Under the pieces are notes generated by a model. It was not told the DNA's origin and did not search any database. It saw only the letters and a program-made list of their open reading frames with translations. Both the position numbers and the translations under genes were made by a program. A stretch of DNA of 64,000 nt. It comes from Kudoa neothunni (taxonomy: Eukaryota > Animalia > Cnidaria). The stretch spans positions 6,931,731-6,995,730 of the forward strand of contig OZ199838.1 in the NCBI GenBank assembly GCA_964304625.1, written 5' to 3'. Each line of letters opens with the position of its first letter. Positions within the stretch are counted from its first letter, which is position 1. This document shows, piece after piece, positions 1 to 13,510 of this stretch.

Positions 1-2190
1 AATCGTTAGAGAAATTTGATATTGATACAGATATACAACTTAACTCATTAATACACAAGAACGGAACGTTATGGTCGATGAACCCGCCGTTGGCATCCAG
101 AACATGTGTTACAATTATCATGAATAGTCGTACTGGTGTCTCTCCGTTTTTATTATAAAATACAATTGATACTTTCAGAATAATATTTGGTTATTGATGG
201 TTCGAACTGGATGGGTTCATTAGCTGTTTATTTCTGATGGGATATCACAGGGATAATCGAGAATGGGTTAAAGAGATATTTGGGTTAGAAGAAGGAAAGA
301 TATATCGTGATTTATTCTCATTACATATATTTCTCCAAATAATGCGAGTTTCAGATTTTGATGGTGTAGAAAATATTGAGGTTACAAAATAATCGGAAAC
401 TTTTGCCATGTTGGTGAACTACGGCATATTTAGGTGGGTTTCTCATGCGTTGTACCCGCCCTAATGAACATTTCAAGCATATCTTTGTTACTTGTTTTAT
501 GCAATAGTCTATGCCAGGATTATGATGTTTTTTATCACTTTAAGCGCAAATTAAATAAAGAATTAATTTTACTAGATGCGTTGAGTTTTGAGTTTGTATA
601 TAGGAAATATATGATCTCAAAAGTAATGCATACGCGTACGCATACGCTGTGGTTAAAATATTTCTTTATTGTTCGCACATGCCCACACAATATTACATGA
701 TGTCATTTATGAAATTACTGAATATATAATCGATAAAATATTTTATCAAATAAAAACGGGGGATCTTTTTGACCTCAATTGTGCTTGGAGGATGTAAATT
801 TTCATGTGGCTTAGAAGGTTAAACTAATGTTCGCATCACATTTAACGATCTGAAGAGACATCAGGTTAGTTACAAAAATTTTTTGGGTATCTAAGCCATA
901 ATAGATTATTGCATCCCCGGTTGGGAAGCCTTTATAGAAAATATGTTTATATTTGCAGTTAAATGACAGAATTTGCTACATTAAATCCGAATTAAATCTT
1001 CCATATTATGATAAAATATTGAGAATATCATGATGAGTCTGAATTTGTTGGTTCTATAGTTATTTTTTTAACCGCTCATTTTTACTATAAATAAAAAAAA
1101 ATAATTGAGTCGAATAATAAATACATTATTTATAACTCATGAAAAACTGAAGCATTATTCCAGGGTATGATTTATTTGTTCAAAGGCTTTATCTTTATGA
1201 AATATTGATAATTCTTATAAAGAATATATATTTTAATCAGCTTATGAAAATTTAAATGATATATGACAATAAAATATTAAATACCAGATCCTCAATTCGA
1301 ATATTCATGGAGATCATTGTTGGTTAGTTAGTTATGAATCATGTAATATATAACACAAATGTTTAGAAAAATTTATAATTTTAGATGAATTTTGTTATCA
1401 TTTAGTAGATAAGAGGGCCGGAGTTACTACTAACCTAACGATATTAGTAACTAATTTAGAATTATAATATTTGAGTAGGTATTATTAGGACCAGGAAAAA
1501 ATATGGAGGGGTTTAAATTTTAACGCAAATGTGATCTTAAGAAACTACTTATGAGTGGTCCAAAATAACACGCATTTCCACAAATCCCATGCTATATTTA
1601 ATATACCTTAAGAATGCTATTTGAGCATTTTTTAGATAGAGTACGATAATTAGGGTTAATTTTTTCATAAACATTGTTTAATATGTATGCATTAAATGCT
1701 CAGAAAAGAGAAACTCGGTCGGTTGAAGGAGTTATGTGACCCAAGAGAATTATAATCTACGGAAATGGAATCTAGTTTGTAGTTCAAATTCTCGAGAGCT
1801 TCCTTCAATAGAGTATATTTATGACTTTAGATTCCTTCGCTTGTTCAAGTCGACGGAGTTTGTCACTCATTCGATAATTATTTAGATATTTTTCACCTCA
1901 TTGGTGTTACGCAGGAGGTTTTTGTCCAGAAGTAGTGATTATATCGCTTCGTATATTTGGCAGATGTCGGTGTAGTTAATTAGTTAACCGCATGTTCCCG
2001 CAACGAATCCGTTTGTTATTTTTGATTAATATATACTCAGTTGTCTTTAAAAAATACTTAAACAATTAGTTAAATGAAGGAAATAATAGTTTTCTTCCAT
2101 AAATAGAAAAATTTTATACCGACGAATGGATCTAATAGAACTGAATGTTACCTTCAAAATCACGCTAATCCGGATTTAGGTTCAGCTTAA

Positions 2191-3820
2191 ATGGACTTCC
2201 GAGTAGATAGTTACGGCTCAGAAAACTCCAGATCAGGTGAATTGATCAAATTCAACGATGAAAAAAATGCTGATGAAAGAGTGTCTATTCGAACACCGTG
2301 TTGCGTATTCAACACTCAAGGAGGATCGCTTCCATTTGTAACTTCTGATCTGATGGATGAATATCTTGGAGAATCGTTGTTTTGTTGCGAGTTATCGCAG
2401 TTATTGCCCAGAATGAAAAATGGAGAAAAAATTGAGCCAAAATTTTCCGACAAATCGCAAGTACCATCAACGGAAGCAGAGTTTTTACATCTGGAAGTAC
2501 TTTGATACACCCATCACAATAACACGATATTTTTACCACTTTAATCAATTATTTGATTAGAAAAAAATTTCAATTTTAAAATTTCACTCAGACACTATCA
2601 ATAATGATAATAATCTCCACAAATATTGTAAGGAAAAGTACTTTCCAGTGCGAACAAGACATGGACTGATGGAGGTTTGTTGATATTGGTTGCGCTTCTC
2701 ATAGATACAATTATTATTATTATTATGCAGGTAGCATACAACGAATATCAAGATGCCTTTGTTAATAGACTAGGATTTTCTCTTTACGAAATACCTTCGG
2801 ATATAGTGCCTAAAGATGAGACAAAAAAGCGACATAAAAAAGCGTTGGATCGAAATTTGAAAACCGCGAACAACGCCATAGAATCAATGACTGATTCATC
2901 TGTATTGGATTTGTTTGTTTATTAATTTAACTTGTTGTCTTTTAACCATATTTAGAAAAAACTTTTGCTCCCTGTTATAATGAATCAGATCTATGACGAT
3001 GAAGATCTACTAAAGAAATTAAAAAATATGGATGTTTTTGGATATGTTTTATACAACTATGATAGTCCAATATGTGAAGTTGAAAAATTTATTGTATATT
3101 AATATTTTGTTTGTCGAACTGTATGAAGACTACAATTTTATTGTAGCAAAGTTTGGATCAACATAAACTTAGAATTTTGTTTGGGCCGGTGTCCTTAGGT
3201 AATTTCCTAATAAAAAATTACCTTGCTAGCTATCCATATATTTTTTATTGAATAAAACACTAGTTTTATTATTCGTCGAATATTGCTTCCACACTCAAAA
3301 TTTATTTTTAGAGAGAGCGGAACAATTGATTAGAGCTGGAGTAGACATTTTTGATATTACGTAATTGCTATTGATACTAACGATAGATACTATTCATAAT
3401 GTGGATATTTTGATGTTTTTTATTCAGGTATCCACTAGAGCTTTCTCAAAGCTGTATGGCTTTATGTCCCGAAAAGTTGAATGGCGTCTACGCTTGCCCT
3501 CCTAATGTTAGCATTTTATTGCTTAGTGATGAAAAGTAATTCTAATAAATTAAATCAAACTGAATGTGGACTAGAATGAGAGATTTATTTGATCCAATTA
3601 TGAAAGAATGTGAATGTTACTGCTGTAAAAACTATTCGGTTGCTTATTTGAACCATTTATTCAACAACAGAGAGATGCTTGCTTCGATACTTACCAATAT
3701 GTGAATATTCAATTTTTGTGATCACTCTAACCTTCTTTTAGACATAATATATTCCAATATCAATCCTATATTGAATTTCTGAAAGAAAATATTCGATCGT
3801 ATAATCCCGAAGACAATTAA
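2191..3820 (+). CDS. QTRT2: Queuine tRNA-ribosyltransferase accessory subunit (QTRT2/QTRTD1-like), about 9 exons
   Basis: The N-terminus RSGEL...IRTPCCVFNTQGGSLPFVT and spliced C-terminal motifs GVDIFD and CECYCCKNYSVAYLNHL...EML...HN are typical of the TGT family. GT-AG introns keep the frame to TAA at 3818-3820. Confidence 0.88.
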
Positions 3821-4251
3821 AGAACTCAAAATTTACGACCTATTGTAGTTTTACTGTTGAGTTTTTCTTTTTTATTGAATTTTTATATTATCTCTTAGCA
3901 TTTTAATTTTCCGAATATAATTAGAATAAAATTGAGATTCATCATTAGAATAGTTCGTATGTGATATAAATTTTGTTCATAAATATGTATACACATAATA
4001 AATCTTTTCAAAGTGATACTTAATCTCGTGGTATCCATCTTTAGAATAAAAATCAAAACTTAACACTCACCATAACTACCCTTTCTATAATATTGTAATT
4101 TTTGGAAAAGAAGACGATTAAAATTCGATAAAAAATTAAAAATTTTTGTAGTTAGAATAATAGACTTTGTAAGTAATGTTCTAGCAACACAACATTGTAT
4201 CGAGGTCGTTACTCGCAACCCACGTGACGTCCCATTCAGTTGTTTGGTGTT

Positions 4252-5265
4252 ATGACTAGCATTTCTTTTGAAAACAATCCCGAAATTGGAGTTTTTGTTA
4301 AACTCACCAATAATTATTGTTTAGTTGCTGACACAAGTAGAGGAAGTTTTCTTAGGTAAACTATTTTCCTCGATCACAATTACATTTGAGTTATACGTAC
4401 AGAGAAATTACTAAAACGTTCGAGAACCGCATCCCAGTAATCAAATGTTCGATTGGTGCTATTCAATCGGTTGGAGTCATGACAGCTGGTATACTATGTT
4501 GTGTATGAATTAATTAGGATATTAATCCTAAATTAGCAAATAAACATGGTTTACTCTTGCCGGCAATTACTACCGATGTGGTAAGTACATTTATTGGATG
4601 GTTTAATGGAAATAAAGTCAAAATTTTAGGAAATGCAACGAATTATTGATGCTCTACCTGATGGAGTGGTCGTGAAACGTATTGAAGAACGTCTTTCTGC
4701 GTTGGGAAATATCATCGCCTGTAATGATTATGTATCATTGGTTCATCCAGACATAGACAATGTATGGTGTTGGTTTGAGACTTGATAATCTAATATCCAT
4801 CTTAGGAAACAGAAGAAATTATCTCGGATGTGTTGAAAGTTGAAGTTTTCAGGGAAAGCGTAGCCAACAACAAACTTGTGGGATCATATTCACTGTTCAA
4901 CAATGTTGGTGCTATTGTACACCCTAAAACTGATATTAAGGAGCAAAAATCTTTGGCAAATATATTGCAAATTCCTGTTTTAGTATTGTTGATGTCTTGT
5001 TGCAATGGTGTTGTGTGATACATTTTTTTAGGCTAGCTCTATCAACAGTGGAAGTGATATGGTTGGTGTTGGGGCTGTTGTTAACGATTGGGCCTTATTC
5101 TATGGCTCAGTTACTACATCTACAGAAGCCTCGGTATTTAGCGATTTCTTCAAAATAAGCAACACTGACAATGACCAACTGCTAAAAAAACTGAGGGGCC
5201 CTATTGTAGACAGGTGAATTTTTTTTATTTGATACTTTTTTCACAATGTATTTAGTTTAAGTTGA
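4252..5265 (+). CDS. EIF6: Eukaryotic translation initiation factor 6, 7 exons
   Basis: The spliced product reads [25 protein letters not shown]...NKHGLLLP...[27 protein letters not shown]|[16 protein letters not shown]...VVNDW...IVDSLS*. Six GT-AG introns of about 42-50 nt keep the frame. Confidence 0.95.
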
Positions 5266-5998
5266 CATGTGTAATGAAAGCCACGATTTTGTGAGATGAT
5301 TTAGAAACATCGGAACGATTGTTGTTGTTTTGTTTGAGAATAAATTTTTCTTACTAATATTTGTTATTTCTGCCTCTTTGATCCGCTTGATATTAAAAAT
5401 TAAATAATATTTAGGTTAGTTTCGATTTTAATATATGTTGCTTGGAACTGCACATCATTATTTTATAATTACAGATAATAATTCACCTGTATCATATATT
5501 TGTAGATCAATACTATATCTTGATTATTTAGATGGCGTGTTATAAAAATAAGTGTATCAAAAAAGTATAAAAATAGAGTTTAATAAGTTATCTGCTTTCA
5601 AATGGATGTTAAATAACAATGGGTATTAAATATACTGAGATCACTCTAATGTTAGTTTTAAATTGATTTATTTGGTGAGTTTTCTGTTTTTAAACATTAG
5701 AAGTTATTATTAAATTTTTACAACGGATAACATTAAAATTGACTACATCAAACAGTTTCCTGACTTCGTAGTGTACTCTTTATTATTGCCTGTGTGTTCC
5801 TGTTGTGAGATTTCTGATTATCGACAAAAAGGAATTTATTCTTATCGAAAATAATTTGAAGGGGTAGATACGTAATTAAATTTTGTTCTCTAAATTATTT
5901 ATCTTTAACGTATTAACAATAGAATAGAAAGGGAATGATAATCGAAGTCTTTGAGCTTGTTTGACACCTTATGTGATCAAAAAATTAATAAATTAAAA

Positions 5999-8030
5999 GG
6001 CAGTGGCTATTCTCATGGAAACGAATAACTCCTCCGTTATAAAAGATATTTCAAATCTGATTCCTTATTTGAATTAAACTATTTTTAATCCAATTTCTTA
6101 TGCAAAAATTATTTCAAAAGTTAAAGAATAAAAATTCAACACTTTGTCTGCCCTATTGGCATTGTTCAATAAATACACACACATTTTTTGACTTTAATAT
6201 TATGTAATATAGGCAGTATAATTGAAATGGAATATAAACATATCTAATGGAGGGTAGAAACCTATAGTTTGATACGATTGGACGCGCGTAGTTTAACTTT
6301 GAATACGTCATCTCCAATCGTTTACGAAACATGTATGTTTCTATCTAAAACACTTTTTTAATATAAATTTAAAAGAATTGTAATTAATTAATGGATGTTA
6401 ATTGGATTTTAATTATTTTACGTCGACACAAACCACTTATCGTATGTATCTATAAGACTCTATAAGACCGTAACATAATTTCGGAGAATTTTCGTTATTT
6501 TTTTCCTACACATGTATTTACTTTAATCAGAAATATGAAAAAGGTTTTTTTGGCGCATTTTCTTGAATACAGAATCTATACATATAGGAATCCGTGAGTT
6601 AAAATTTAATCTCATTTACCAATTTTTAACAAGCAGGGTGATTCTAAATGTTTCTCCATTAATACCTTTTGTAGTGTCTCAGTAGGTAAAAGTATAAATT
6701 GAAAATTTTTGAGTTGTAACTCGTTATTTAAAATATGACGGAGACGTTTCAATTAATCAACTAAGACAAGACAGTCGAGGCACGCCCAGTTTTTTTCGGG
6801 TTTTCAATAATATAATAACGGTTGTCCAACTCCCCTTTTTGGTCTCCCAACACATTTGATTTTTAAAGGAATAATTAAACCTTGAGTTAATTATTTTTAT
6901 TTCTGATTATTTGTTATCTTTGAAACTATCTGAAATAGTGACTTTGCTAGGAAAAAGGTAGGCCTGAACAAGATCAATCAACGCATACTTATTTTATCAA
7001 TTATTAAACAAAACCAAATGAATATGCGGCGATTTCAATGAGATATTCTTTCTTTTTTTGTCAGCTTTCAGAGATAACATCTCTGGTCATATAAACTTTT
7101 TAAAATTATCGCAGCATATTATGGTTGTGAGTTAAATTAATTGATTTTACTTCAAGGAAAACACCATCCCCACTAATTCTGATGTTTACATTAAAAGAAC
7201 CATTATTCTTGAATGATGATTTTTCCTTACTTTTCTTGCTCTGGTTTTTTTAAAGCGAGCCAAAGAAGAAATGTAGCAAGTATTATAATAAACAACGTTG
7301 GAGTTAAAATAACGGTTCATTTTTTTAAAAGCATTTTCAATTTCTCTAAAAAATTTCATTTTAAGGTTGCATATATCTACTTCCTGATACCGATGAATGT
7401 GTAATTTTAATATTCCACAAAAATCAATTTTCACCCCAATGAAGAATTGATCACCTTATCCATTGGTCATACTTGTATAGCTGTTGGGCAAAATAAATTT
7501 CTCCAAAATAACCACATTTGGAGTTTGAATAATACAATAATATTTCTTAATAAGAGGTGCAGGTTTGGATAAATCAATTTAAAGCGCTTCATAATAGACA
7601 AGGATGACACCACTTTTCAGACTTATTCCATGTAGTTGGTATCTTAATCTCGCGAAATCTTAAATTTCTCTTACCCGAATGAATGTAATATATCAGCTTG
7701 TTGTACAGATTTCAGTTATTTCATAGTTCTTTAAAACTTGGAAATAATTTCACACAATAGAACTCACGCGCATACTCAGACATGGTAGGCGACATTAGGT
7801 TGCACGAACAGAACAGTTTCAACTTATTAGTAAATGTTTTTATATTTCATTTCAATTAAAATGTTTATCTTACATAGTATTAAAGTCAAAAAATGTATGT
7901 ATAATTATTGAGCAGTGAAAATTTGGCAGAAAAAATTAGATTAAAAATAGTTGAATTCAAATAAGAAATTAGATTTGAAATATCCTTTATAACGGAGGAG
8001 TTATTCGTTTCCATGAGAATAGCCACTGCC
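5999..8030. mobile_element. Non-autonomous Mutator-like element (MULE)
   Basis: About 60-bp TIRs GGCAGTGGCTATTCTCATGGAAACGAATAACTCCTCCGTTATAAA are inverted at 7971-8030. Perfect 9-bp TSD AAATTAAAA at 5990-5998 and 8031-8039. The interior has a possible pogo remnant near 7440-7500 (- strand). Confidence 0.85.
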
Positions 8031-8123
8031 AAATTAAAAATACCTATTGCGTTTAGGTTCTGACATAATAACTAATAAAATAAATCAATAGGGTAGATTG
8101 TAAACAAGGAGAAATTACAAATT

Positions 8124-11001
8124 GGAAGTGAGTATATCTCAGGTAATCAATATCTCTGAAACTACTCAATATTGTTTGCCCATATTCCACATATTATCTA
8201 ATGTTTATCTAACTTAATTTTTTCTTTGTGTGACCATACACAAGTCCAACAGCAGCTGGGTACGATTCTTTATTTTTTTAACATAATTTCATCAATTAAC
8301 ATCATTATACAAAAAATATAGAAATAATAATAAATTTCTGAGTTATCTATAACTTGGGTGCGCAATTTTTCTTTCTAATTAGCGTGGCACAGAGTGAGTT
8401 CAAATATGTTTGCAATTGGAAAACGGTTTCATTCTTTCGAGGAATTCGATAATGCTATAAAAAATTACGAAGAGTCAAACTTTTGCAATCTTTATAAATA
8501 TCAAGCGAGGACTATTTCGAATATTCGAAATAGAACTACAAAATCAATTAACCAATCTCTGCGGTATTATGGAATTACATATCGTTGCATTTTCAGTAGC
8601 AAGAATAAAACAAAATCCGATGGAATTAGAAACAAACCGGCATTAAAGGGAAACTACCCCGTGGTTTTATCTCTTAGGACCTCTGTTGATGGTGTAGCAC
8701 TTGAAGTACGTTCTAGTATATTAGAACATAATCATGATTTAAGTGCAGCGCTATATCGAAATCTCCCCAAACAACGAATAAATTGACTTAAATGACCCAA
8801 ATCTCGTAGAATTAATTAACCTTAGGACCAATAAAAAATTAATTCAAAATAAAATTTACAACGAAACGGGTAAAAACATCCGTTTAAAATCCATCCACAA
8901 TATTAGAGCAAACAAAGACTCATTCTGTGATAACTTATGTGTAATAGAGAAAATTTTGAAAGAAGATTTCAAATGTTACGTTAAGATTTTATGATTAACA
9001 TAAAGTCGTTAATGGAATTTTTTTCGCTGACGACAAAATAAAATCATTTTTGGAATTTTATCCTGAGGTTATGTTCATTGATGCAACTTATAAACTCCTT
9101 AATTCAAAGCAACTTTTGAAAATGGATGAATAATTTTATAATTTTAGCCTCCCGTTATACATATCTGCTAGGGAGGATTATTTTGGTTTGACTCATATTT
9201 CGAGTGCCTGCATTCTCTACGAAGTGACGGAAGATTCCATCCAATGGTTTTGTAATACTTTGGCAGAATTGATACCAAACTTATCAAAAAATGTACATAC
9301 CATCGTTACAGACAAGGATTAAAAGCTAAGAAAATGTCTCAAATTAAGTTTTCCACTATCATCATTCATTTTATATAAATTTCATGTGAATCAAATTTTT
9401 CAAAGACATATCACCGTTAACAAATTTGAAATATCTTCTACTAAAAGACAATAGATTTTAAGTTGTTTACAAAAAATGATGTACTCGACTGATTACAATG
9501 AATATTCGCATTATGTTGACCAAATTCACGATTTTAAAAATCCCAAATTAAGTGAATATTTCAAATGAAATTGGGAAGGAATATACAATGAATGGGTTAT
9601 TGGTGTTAGCCATGCGAAAAATTTTTACGACAACGAAACCAATAATCGCCTTGAAGTAATAAATTTCAAAATTAAAAGTGTTGTCCAAAAATTCAACTCG
9701 TTGGCCAACTTCATCCAAGGTTTTTTTAAAATTCGAAGTTCACTTAGAATTGAAAGGGAAGTTTCTACAATTGGTCAACTGTATTATGAATCAAATGAGA
9801 TTCTCAACAACAAGCAGGTTCTACACTATAAAGAATGTCTGACAAAGTATGCATTTATCATGCTTCAAAAAGAACACAAATTCTTGGACAATGCTGCATT
9901 ATCCTCTAACTCAAATGAAACTACAACTCGATCAACGTGTCTTTGTTTATTTTATCGCTCATTTTCATTACCATGTCGCCATATTCTAAGCTATAGGTTA
10001 TCAGAAAAACTTCCGTTATTCTGTGAAACATCGTGCGATGATCGATGGAAAAAGGCATATGGAATGAAGTTTTTAAATGCGGAATCTACAACTCAAAATA
10101 ATACAGAAAATCTTCCTACTGTTGTTCTTGAAAAGAAACAAAAAATTAACATAAAGACATTCGGACAAAAGTTGAAGTACACGTCAAATTTTACAACCAA
10201 ACTAGCCTACTCAACTTCCGAATTTTTCGAAAAATCAATAAATTTATTGGAAAAAATTATTAGAAGTCACGATGTCATGGTTATCGATCAGTTCCTTGAT
10301 ACATGTGATTTTTATTTATAAATGAAATATTAAATTTTATATAGTTAAAGATGAAACTGAATTTCAAGAAAACATATAAAATTTATAATTTGACTTTAAC
10401 TAATAAAAATTAGGTGTCATCGATAAATTTAATAGAAATCTCACCCTACCAAAATACCAAAACTTAATTCCAGTGATGATTTTGGTCCTCTGGAAAAACA
10501 AATTGATTGTAACGATGAATCAAACGCCATCGTAGAAGAACCTCAATTAAAAGGTTAAACTTAAAAAAGTTATGTTAAATTTTGTTTAGATCTAGTTATT
10601 CCTTCGAAAGTTAAATCGATTGGTCGCCCTCGAAGAAATCTTTTAACTGCAATCGGAATTAAAGAAAAAGAAATAAAAATAAAATTATAAATTTAAAATT
10701 AAATATATAAAAAAAATTTAATTTTGAGAATAATTCCCTACATGTGTCATATGAAAGCTGTTTTATTTCATATAACGTGAAGAATATTAATTTCTTAAAA
10801 AAAGACAAACATTATTATTTCTATATTTTGTGTATAATGATGTTAATTGATGAAATTATATTAAAAAATAAAAAATCGTACCCAGCCGCTGTTGGACTTG
10901 TGTACGGTCACACAAAGAAAAAATTAAGTTAGATAAACATCAGATGATATGTGGAATATGGGAAAACAATATTGAGTAGTTTTAGAGATATAGCCACTAC
11001 C
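8124..11001 (+). mobile_element. Mutator-like element with decayed transposase
   Basis: Long (about 200 bp) imperfect TIRs ending ATATAGCCACTACC. Perfect 9-bp TSD TTACAAATT at 8115-8123 and 11002-11010. Confidence 0.9.
8394..10321 (+). pseudogene. MULE (FAR1/SWIM-type) transposase pseudogene
   Basis: Fragments in several frames with stops and frameshifts: FAR1-like N-terminus (FHSFEEF...LEHNH), PEVMFIDATYKL, VTDKD, ETNNRLE, and SWIM finger CLCLFYRSFSLPCRH. Confidence 0.85.
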
Positions 11002-12449
11002 TTACAAATTAGGATATTTCGTTATATTTTTACATGATTGTACACGGTGAGATTTTTGATCCATTATAATATTTCATTCAATACTTTGAAAAATTATTAG
11101 TTAATTCACTCATTATGTAACTAATTTTGGTTTAACAGGGAAGTGCATTAGCTTCATCGAAATGAAAAATTTCGAAATGTGGAAAAAAGAAGTAATGGAT
11201 TGAGAGATCGCATATACAAGTAGTTTGCTGAATATAAGAAGAATAACATTTATTGCTACCAGTATTGTAAAACAGTTTGGTCTAAATAAATGAAGGCCTA
11301 AAATTTTCCGATTCTTTCGAAGAAAGCAATGGATCAGTAGTTTTTAGCATGAGAATTATTGCCGATATTGATATATGGTAAAATTCGAATAAAAATTACC
11401 CGTTAGTATAATTAACTTAAATCGTAAGCATTTGATGAAATAACTCTTCAACGCTATGATAAGAATATAAAATTGGAATTTTCGTTAGATAACGCTCTCT
11501 TATATACGAATTAGAGAATGTCGAATTTTATCTCCCGTTATAATTTGTCTGAACCATGAAAAGTCAGTACACGCAAAATTAAACTCTAATTCGCTTTTTA
11601 GTTGAAATATTTTCTGAAATAGGGATTTTGATCAAGTCACTTAAAAATATCTAGTGTTTCAGTCATACAATGACTAGATTTTATTTTTAAACGTAAAATT
11701 AAATGAATAAGATTGGAGATATGATTAAAAAAGTACAATTAAAATATGATAATGGAAATCTAAGGAGACGTTTAATACCAAGTGGATACACGCACGCATT
11801 CGGCTTTTCAGCATAACAAATTCAATTGATAGAATTTGGTAACAACAGTAGACTCATCAGATTCTGTAAGGATTAACAAATAAGTATGTTCACAATAACA
11901 ATATAAAATATTTGTTGATTTGCTAATCCTGTTGTCTTATTTCAAATTGTGTCTTCTTTCGCTGTCTTGCAGATTCCATTATGTTTTTTTAGAGCATCAT
12001 TTCTCCACTGTGGGTCAGGAATCTTTCAGTATAATCGTAACTAAACGTACCTAATTATTATGGTTCTTAAGGGTATTAACTTTAACAAATATATCTGAAT
12101 GTTTTGGAAAACTAGTTAGTTTTGCTAATGTGTTATTTTTTCAACTGTAAAGTTGTTTAATATTAACTGATCAAAAGCCATTATGTTGTGGTAGAATAGT
12201 CGGCCAACATCGGTAATATCGATTTTTACTTTTAGATTTAATATATGTATTTAGTATTTTACATTATACATATGAAGTAATTATGTTTCTATAATTTAGT
12301 AACATTTAAATTATCAATACTAATGTAAAATAACATTTATAGTAAAAATACGATTTATGCCGGAAAGAACGCCGCATGCGGTCTGCGCTAAAAATGAATG
12401 TAAGAGATTTAACCAGGAGGCGCGCCAACAACCGTAGTGACGTCGCGAA

Positions 12450-12869
12450 ATGGCCAGAACTAAACAAACTGCTAGAAAGACTACTGGAGGAGCCGGAGGA
12501 AAGGCACCTAGAAAGCAATTGGCTACCAAGTCTTCAAGAAAGACAATCCCATCCATGGGAGGAGTCAAAAAGCCTCATAGATTTAGACCTGGTACAGTCG
12601 CCTTGAGAGAGATCAGAAGATACCAAAAGTCTACTGAGCTCCTCATTAGAAAGTTGCCTTTCCAAAGATTGGTTAGAGAGATTGCTCAAGATTACAAAAC
12701 CGACTTGAGATTCCAACAATCTGCTGTTTCAGCCCTACAAGAAGCCACTGAGGCCTATTTGATTGGTATGTTTGAGGACTCTAACCTTATTGCCATCCAC
12801 TCTAAAAGGGTCACCATTATGTCTCGTGACATCCAGCTTGCTCGCCGTATTCGCGGTGAGAAAGTTTAA
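12450..12869 (+). CDS. H3: Histone H3, divergent variant (intronless)
   Basis: The 139-aa [12 protein letters not shown]...[42 protein letters not shown]...ARRIRGE has an intact histone fold and a strong C-ending codon bias. Confidence 0.97.
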   Translation: MARTKQTARKTTGGAGGKAPRKQLATKSSRKTIPSMGGVKKPHRFRPGTVALREIRRYQKSTELLIRKLPFQRLVREIAQDYKTDLRFQQSAVSALQEATEAYLIGMFEDSNLIAIHSKRVTIMSRDIQLARRIRGEKV

Positions 12870-13161
12870 TTTTTTGTGAACGTGTTTTTGTTTTGTATGA
12901 AATATTGTTGATTTGGCATCTTTATTTTTTTGCGCACCACTTTTATTTAGAGCGTGGATGAAGGGTTCGTCCGTCCAAAAAATTTAAGGCGGTGGTAGGT
13001 TCGTCACATTAGTACGGTTAACACCTGATCTTGTGCTCTTCGGGGTTTTACGTACTTTTTTAAATGGATAGCTTTGTGAGAACCATACTTAGTATGCATA
13101 CACAGTCGAATCTTAGTTATTGCGTAATTTTTCTCCATCCACGATTATTTTAGCAGTACAG

Positions 13162-13341
13162 CAGCGCCTCCCAACTAAAACTGGACTCGCACCCCCATTT
13201 TTGGACAAAACGGAATTCGCACCTCTTTGCATACGATAAGTTGTAACTGACTTATTTATAATTTATCAAAAATTATTTTCAATTTTGATCGGATCTCCCA
13301 CCACCTGAAACCAAAGTTCGCACCCCCGGTTGGGAACCCTG
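13162..13341. mobile_element. hAT-family MITE (180 bp)
   Basis: Ends CAGCGCCTCCCAAC and GTTGGGAACCCTG. Perfect 8-bp TSD CAGTACAG (nnnTAnnn, Buster/Charlie-type). Confidence 0.8.
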
Positions 13342-13510
13342 CAGTACAGGGTATTATCGCAGGCGCGTTATGTACGATCACAAAAATTTGTTGGGGTTTA
13401 AAATAACTGATAATTTCAATTTGTTTTGACCATTTTTGGAATATTTCAGATATTAACTCCACAACTGTATGGTCTCAAAATAATGCTGTTGAGTTTTTTG
13501 ATTAAATTAT

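Noticed and set aside
1-410. Possible minus-strand gene start near 409, with a GCATACGC motif cluster at 627-647
   Set aside because: I could not build a consistent spliced frame or recognise a protein.
1649-1660. TTAGGGTTA, the complement of a telomerase-template-like TAACCCTAA
   Set aside because: A 9-mer is expected by chance. The G-U pairs favour the opposite strand and no pseudoknot was found.
12306-12719. Overlapping and antisense ORFs across histone H3
   Set aside because: By-products of the GC-richer H3 coding sequence; no independent evidence.
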